Source: Dehalococcoidia bacterium
GTDB lineage: Bacteria > Chloroflexota > Dehalococcoidia > Lucifugimonadales > CBDCYU01
Length of the DNA stretch: 64,000 nucleotides
Assembly: GCA_965224345.1 (NCBI GenBank)
Contig: CBDCYU010000003.1
Coordinates: 683,013 to 747,012 of the forward strand
Direction: 5' to 3'
The notes beneath the pieces were generated by a model. The model saw only the letters and a list, made by a program, of their open reading frames with translations, was not told where the DNA came from and did no database searches. The translations under genes and the position numbers were made by a program. Shown one piece after another: positions 59,341-64,000 of the stretch. How positions within the stretch are numbered: the stretch's first letter is position 1; each line of letters opens with the position of its first letter.

Positions 59341-61080
59341 ATGAGGGTACTTGTCCGACTGGCGGGCTATGCGTGGCGTCACAAGCCGCGCCTGCTGCTG
59401 GCCTACCTTTCCATGGCGGGGGCCACCGTGGCCGCCATAGCCATACCCAAGATGCTGGGCAGCGCCATCGACGAGGCCATCTCCAGCGGCATCCGCCAAG
59501 AGCTGTTGGTTCTTGGGCTCGCTATAGTCGCCACCAGCGTGCTGAGAGGCATCTTCTCCTATACGCAGAACTATATGTCCGAGTCCCTTTCACAGATGGC
59601 CGCTTTCGATCTACGCAACGACTTCTTCCGAAAGCTGCAGAGCCTCAGCTTCGGCTATCACGACCAGCAGCAGACGGGAAACCTGATGTCCAAGGCCACC
59701 GCCGACGTCGAGGCCGTTCGCCGGTTTACCAGTATGGGGATGATACGTCTCCTGTCCTCGCTGATGATGGTGTCTGGTGTGGCTACGCTCATGCTGACGA
59801 CCAACTGGCGGCTGGGTCTGATCAGCATGGTGTTCCTGCCGCCCATCGTCTGGCGGGCGATTTCGATGGGCCGCAGGCTTCGAGGCACCTGGATGACTGT
59901 TCAGGCGGAGACCGGCCACATGACCACCGTTCTTCAAGAGAACCTGTCAGGTATGAGGGTCGTCAAGGCATTCGGGGCCCGTGAGTTCGAGGAGGCGAAG
60001 TTCGAGGATAGGGCTTCCCGCGTGGCGGACCATACCTACTTCGCCGCCAAGCTGTTCGCCTCCCAGGGCTCCCTCATGACCCTGATATTCACCGCCGTCA
60101 CAGGGGTGATCCTGCTGGTTGGGGGCGGCGAGGTTGCCAGCGGCCGCCTGTCAGCTGGAGATCTGGCGACTTTCATCCTGTTAATGGGGCTGCTGGCAAT
60201 GCCGATCCGTATGGGCGGTATGATGGTAAGCACCTTCTCGCGGGCCGCCTCAGCCGGGCAGCGCATCTTCGACGTGCTGGACGCCGAGTCGCCCGTACAG
60301 GAGCGGCCTGACGCCGTAGCGATCCCCAACGTTCGAGGGGCCGTCAAGTTCCAGGGGGTCTCCCTCAGCTATGACTCGTCCACGCCCGCGGTCCACGGCA
60401 TAGACTTGGAGGCGCGGCCCGGGGAGCTCGTGGCGATTCTCGGAGCCCCCGGCTCGGGCAAAAGCACGATCGTGCAGCTCATACCGAGGTTCTACGACGC
60501 CTCCGAGGGCGGGATAACCATAGACGGCCGGGATGTCAGAGACATAACCCTGGCCTCTCTGCGGCGCAACGTGGGTATAGTGCTCCAGGATGTCTTCGTA
60601 TTCTCCGCCTCCCTTCGAGACAACATCGCCTACGGCGCCGCGGACGCTTCCATGGACGACGTGGTCCGGGCTGCCCGCGTGGCCCAGCTCGACGACTTCA
60701 TCCAGGAGCTGCCCAGGGGTTACGACTCGATGGTCGGAGAGCGCGGGGTCAGGCTTTCGGGCGGCCAGCGCCAGCGCCTGGCGATAGCCCGAACGCTCCT
60801 CCTCGACCCGCCCATTCTCATCCTCGACGACTCGACGTCGAGTGTCGACATGGCCACCGAGTACAGGATCCAGCAGGCTATGGCAGAGGTGGTGAAGGGG
60901 AGGACCACCTTCGTGATCGCTCACCGTCTCTCCACCGTGAGGAAGGCGGACAAGATCGTAGTCCTGGACGGCGGCGAGATCGCCGAGCGCGGGAGCCACG
61001 AGGAGCTGATGGAGCGCGGGGGTCTCTACCGCCGGATCTACGACCTTCAGTTGAGGCCCCAAGAGGAGGTGCCCGCATGA
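59341..61080 (+). CDS. Heterodimeric ABC exporter, TMD-NBD subunit 1
   Basis: GAPGSGKST, LSGGQRQR, degenerate Walker B ILDDS. Confidence 0.95.
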   Translation: MRVLVRLAGYAWRHKPRLLLAYLSMAGATVAAIAIPKMLGSAIDEAISSGIRQELLVLGLAIVATSVLRGIFSYTQNYMSESLSQMAAFDLRNDFFRKLQSLSFGYHDQQQTGNLMSKATADVEAVRRFTSMGMIRLLSSLMMVSGVATLMLTTNWRLGLISMVFLPPIVWRAISMGRRLRGTWMTVQAETGHMTTVLQENLSGMRVVKAFGAREFEEAKFEDRASRVADHTYFAAKLFASQGSLMTLIFTAVTGVILLVGGGEVASGRLSAGDLATFILLMGLLAMPIRMGGMMVSTFSRAASAGQRIFDVLDAESPVQERPDAVAIPNVRGAVKFQGVSLSYDSSTPAVHGIDLEARPGELVAILGAPGSGKSTIVQLIPRFYDASEGGITIDGRDVRDITLASLRRNVGIVLQDVFVFSASLRDNIAYGAADASMDDVVRAARVAQLDDFIQELPRGYDSMVGERGVRLSGGQRQRLAIARTLLLDPPILILDDSTSSVDMATEYRIQQAMAEVVKGRTTFVIAHRLSTVRKADKIVVLDGGEIAERGSHEELMERGGLYRRIYDLQLRPQEEVPA

Positions 61081-62930
61081 TGGGTCGGATGGGCCCGGGC
61101 CGCATGATGCGAGGCAGCTGGGCGCAAGAGGACGAGGGGGGAAAGCTCTACGACCACACCGTCGTCATCAGGCTGTTCGCCTTCGTCACCCCGTATTGGC
61201 GCCACGTCCTCGTTGCCATAATGGCGGTAGTCGTCTACACGGGGACCGTGGCGGCCATGCCGTACCTGGTCAAGGTAGCCATAGACTCCTATATTCGACC
61301 AGGGGACATCTCGGGCCTGCGCTGGGTGGTTGCGGCCTTTCTTCTCATTGCCGGGGTGCAGTTCGTCAGCCACTACTCCCACCAGCGGATCATGGCATAC
61401 GTCGGCCAGCGAGTGCTGTACTCGCTCCGCGTGAGGATGTTCAGCCACCTGCAGCAGCTGTCGATGAGCTACTACGACCGCTACCAGGTCGGCAGCATCA
61501 TGTCTCGCGTGCAGAACGACGTGCAGCAGCTGCAGGAGTTCCTGGGAATCTTCGTCATGACCCTGGCCGACGTGCTGAGCATCGTCGGGATTGTCACCGT
61601 CATGTTCACGATGAACGCCAAGCTCGCCATGATCAGCCTCTCCGTCGTGCCGCTTCTGGTCGTCCTGTTGACGGTCTGGCAGCGCTACGCCAAGCTCTCC
61701 TTCATGAGGGTCCGGTACGCCATCGCCGAGGTCAACACGGGCCTCCAGGAGAACATCACCGGCGTCCGGGTCGTGCAGAGCCTCAACCGGCAGGGGGTGA
61801 ACATACGCCGCTTCGGGGATGCCAACCACGAGCATCTGGACGCCAACCTTCGAGCGGGGCAGTTCTCGGCGGCGCTGCTGCCGTCCGTGGAGATTCTGAC
61901 CGCCGTCGGACTGGCGCTGGTCGTCTTCTTCGGCGGTTCAATGGTGCTGAGGGGGGAGTTGGAGGTGGGTGCGCTGGTGGCCTTCGCGCTCTATATCCAG
62001 CGCTTCTTCGAGCCGGTCCGCAACCTTACCATGGAGTACGGCCAGCTGCAGCGGGCTATGGCCTCCGGCGCCCGCATCTTCGAGCTCTTGGACGTAGAGC
62101 CCGAAGTCGTCGACAGCCCGGCCCCCGTGCATTTGGACACCATCCGCGGCGACGTCCGGTACGAGGGGGTCGGCTTCAGCTACGGCTCGGAGCCGGCGGT
62201 CCTGGAGGACGTCAACCTGGACATTCGGGCTGGTCAGACCGTCGCCCTCGTGGGTCCCACAGGGGCAGGCAAGACGACCATCGTCTCCTTGCTGATGAGG
62301 CTCTATGACGTCACAGGCGGGCGGATTACCGTGGACGGCCATGACCTCCGCGAGGTGAGTCTCGATTCGCTGGCCCGGCAGATGAGCGTGGTGCCGCAGG
62401 AGCCGTTCCTGTTTTCGGGCACGATAAGGGAGAACATCCGCTACAACAGGGCGGAGGCCAGCGACGAGGAGATAGAGAGGGCGGGGCGAGCCGTTGGCGC
62501 TCACGGCTTCATCAGCCGGCTGGAGCATGGGTACGACACCTCCCTTGCCGAGCGCGGAGGCAACCTGAGCATAGGCCAGCGTCAACTCATCAGCTTCGCC
62601 AGGGCGCTGGCGGCCGATCCCCGTATCCTCATACTGGACGAGGCCACTGCCAGTATCGACACCTACACCGAGATGCTGATCCAGCAGGCCCTGAGCGAGC
62701 TGCTTCGAGACCGCACCGCGCTGGTCATCGCTCACCGCCTCTCGACGATCAGAAACGCGGACCAGATCGTCGTCGTCAACGAAGGCAGGCTGGTCGAGCA
62801 GGGCAGCCACGCGGAGCTGTTGGCCAGGGACGGCCTGTATGCCAGGCTTTACTCCTTCAGCGCCGTGGGCGAGGCGGTGGACGGAGAATCTTCCTCTCCC
62901 AATTCCGGGACTCTTCCCCGCTCATCCTAA
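61077..62930 (+). CDS. Heterodimeric ABC exporter, TMD-NBD subunit 2
   Basis: GPTGAGKTT, LSIGQRQ, ILDEATA. ATGA overlap with subunit 1. Confidence 0.95.
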   Translation: MMGRMGPGRMMRGSWAQEDEGGKLYDHTVVIRLFAFVTPYWRHVLVAIMAVVVYTGTVAAMPYLVKVAIDSYIRPGDISGLRWVVAAFLLIAGVQFVSHYSHQRIMAYVGQRVLYSLRVRMFSHLQQLSMSYYDRYQVGSIMSRVQNDVQQLQEFLGIFVMTLADVLSIVGIVTVMFTMNAKLAMISLSVVPLLVVLLTVWQRYAKLSFMRVRYAIAEVNTGLQENITGVRVVQSLNRQGVNIRRFGDANHEHLDANLRAGQFSAALLPSVEILTAVGLALVVFFGGSMVLRGELEVGALVAFALYIQRFFEPVRNLTMEYGQLQRAMASGARIFELLDVEPEVVDSPAPVHLDTIRGDVRYEGVGFSYGSEPAVLEDVNLDIRAGQTVALVGPTGAGKTTIVSLLMRLYDVTGGRITVDGHDLREVSLDSLARQMSVVPQEPFLFSGTIRENIRYNRAEASDEEIERAGRAVGAHGFISRLEHGYDTSLAERGGNLSIGQRQLISFARALAADPRILILDEATASIDTYTEMLIQQALSELLRDRTALVIAHRLSTIRNADQIVVVNEGRLVEQGSHAELLARDGLYARLYSFSAVGEAVDGESSSPNSGTLPRSS

Positions 62931-62984
62931 CCTCTTACCATCAGGGACCCGCCAGGGGAGAAGGGACTGCCAGGACTCTCGCTG

Positions 62985-64000
62985 CTAGCGGCTGCGCAGC
63001 TGCGGGAAGAGGATCACCTCCCGGATGTTGCGCTGGCCTGAGTAGAGCATGGCCAAGCGGTCTATCCCGATGCCCAGGCCGCCCGTCGGCGGCATGCCGT
63101 GCTCGATGGCCGCAAGGAAGTCCTCGTCGAGCCTATCCAGCTCTTCCTCCGCGAACTGGGCCTGCAGGGCTTCCTGCTCCTCGAAACGCCGGCGCTGGTC
63201 GACGGGGTCGTTGAGCTCGGTAAAGGAGTTGCATATCTCCATACCGGCAGCGAACCCCTCGAAGCGCTCCACGAGCCTGGGCTCATCGGCCCTCCTCTTT
63301 GCTAGGGGCGACATCTCCACCGGGTAGTCCATCAGGAAGCTCGGCTGGATGAGCCCGGGTTCTACCCTGGAGGAGATCAGCTTGTCCAGCAGACCTCCCC
63401 AGCTAGCCTGCTCCCCCGTTTCGACGCCGGCCTCTACCATTGCTGTGCGCAACGTCTCGACGTCGGTGTGCTCAAGAAAGTCGATCCCCGAATGCTCCCT
63501 CACCTGTTCGCGCAGGCTCAACCTGGGCCACGGTGGGGTGAAGTCGATCTGATGCTCCCCGAATTCGACGGTTGGTCCGCCTAAGAGCTCACAGGCGGTG
63601 GAGTGGACCATCTCCTCCACCATCCGCATCACGTCGTTGTAGTCGGCGAAGGCCTCGTAGCTCTCCATCATCGTGTACTCGGGGTTGTGGTAGAAGTCCA
63701 CGCCCTCGTTGCGGAATACGCGGCCGATCTCGAAGACCTTCTCGATGCCCCCAACGATGAGGCGCTTGAGGTAGAGCTCGGTGGCTATACGAAGATAGAG
63801 GTCCCGGTCGAGGAAGTTGTAGTGCGTTGCGAAGGGGAGGGCCATGCCGCCGGCGGGAACCTGCACCAGTACGGGTGTCTCCACCTCGATGAAGCCTCGG
63901 CCCTCCATGAAGCGGCGGATAGAGCTGACCATGCGCGCCCTCAGAAGGGCTATACGCCGGGACTCTTCGTTGGCGACCAGGTCCAAGTACCGCTGCCGAT
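62985..64000 (-). CDS. lysS: Lysine--tRNA ligase, class II (5' part outside the window)
   Basis: LYLRIATELYLKRLIVGG, FRNEG...HNPEYTMME, GMPPTGGLGIGIDRL. Confidence 0.97.
   Translation of the reverse strand, partial: RQRYLDLVANEESRRIALLRARMVSSIRRFMEGRGFIEVETPVLVQVPAGGMALPFATHYNFLDRDLYLRIATELYLKRLIVGGIEKVFEIGRVFRNEGVDFYHNPEYTMMESYEAFADYNDVMRMVEEMVHSTACELLGGPTVEFGEHQIDFTPPWPRLSLREQVREHSGIDFLEHTDVETLRTAMVEAGVETGEQASWGGLLDKLISSRVEPGLIQPSFLMDYPVEMSPLAKRRADEPRLVERFEGFAAGMEICNSFTELNDPVDQRRRFEEQEALQAQFAEEELDRLDEDFLAAIEHGMPPTGGLGIGIDRLAMLYSGQRNIREVILFPQLRSR

Overview
GC-rich bacterial chromosomal segment. Gene content (DUF5679, type-2 IleRS, Cache lipoprotein, GLUG-repeat surface protein, NHL-repeat proteins, many small TA genes) suggests Chloroflexota, Dehalococcoidia/SAR202-like and possibly host-associated; this is inference, not a database result. 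Housekeeping genes include alaS, ruvX, ileS, partial lysS, lysC, thrB, trpA, aroH, comF, comM and ABC transporters. They are interleaved with a ccmH-ccmF-ccmI-like cytochrome c maturation cluster and a modular corrinoid methyl-transfer gene run (homocysteine MT, MtaA-like MT, pterin-binding MT, corrinoid protein, two uncharacterised genes) that is split by a co-oriented TA/GmrSD islet. There is also a NuoE/NuoF/FdhA-like + Fpr operon whose large subunit lacks the formate dehydrogenase catalytic residues. Accessory features: a DUF262+HEPN pair truncated at a 165-bp MITE, a complete IS5 with CTAG target duplication, a nuclease fused to an antitoxin-like tail coupled to VapC, and several frameshifted or remnant genes. 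No rRNA, tRNA or CRISPR array was seen. All family calls come from motif recognition without searches.
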